This document shows positions 63,962-64,000 of a stretch of DNA of 64,000 nucleotides, in pieces. Origin of the DNA: Ginglymostoma cirratum. Lineage: Eukaryota. Below the pieces are notes generated by a model that was given only the letters and a program-made list of their open reading frames with translations, was not told where the DNA came from and did no database searches. The stretch spans positions 12,979,895-13,043,894 of the forward strand of contig JAHRHZ010000024.1 in NCBI GenBank assembly GCA_024137785.1, given 5' to 3'. A program made the position numbers and the translations under genes. Every line of letters starts with the position of its first letter. Position 1 is the stretch's first letter.

Positions 63962-64000
63962 CTAATTGAGTGTACCAACCTCTTCTTTCTTTAATTCTTT

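Larger units (their letters stand above)
63603..63980 (-). mobile_element. tRNA-derived SINE (34477 family), head interrupted by PLE
   Basis: gctgctctcttattagagaga...catggtaacctcag...attgaac is the reverse complement of 34477-34700. Confidence 0.75.

Overview
Non-coding, AT-rich vertebrate DNA, almost certainly from a shark or ray, because it carries HE1 V-SINEs and HER1/CR1 LINE tails. I could not support any host protein-coding exon, so it is an intergenic stretch or a very large intron. Every ORF in the track that I can recognise is a decayed retroelement fragment: CR1 APE/RT, CR1 ORF1 SGNH-esterase, L2 RT C-terminus or Penelope GIY-YIG. There is a 400-N assembly gap at 50741-51140 and a ~1-kb solo LTR at 37668-38666. 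The most interesting signal is a set of seven young, very short (60-270 bp) Penelope-like (PLE) terminal-repeat insertions. Six have readable 10-16 bp target-site duplications and five retain all or part of a minimal hammerhead ribozyme core (CUGAAGA-stem II-GAAAC-GUC). They show inverted-arm plus ~34-nt tail architecture, and one carries a tandem double hammerhead core. Older hammerhead-bearing PLE lineages are layered underneath. Coordinates of old repeats are approximate, and family names come from recognition of motifs, not from database searches.
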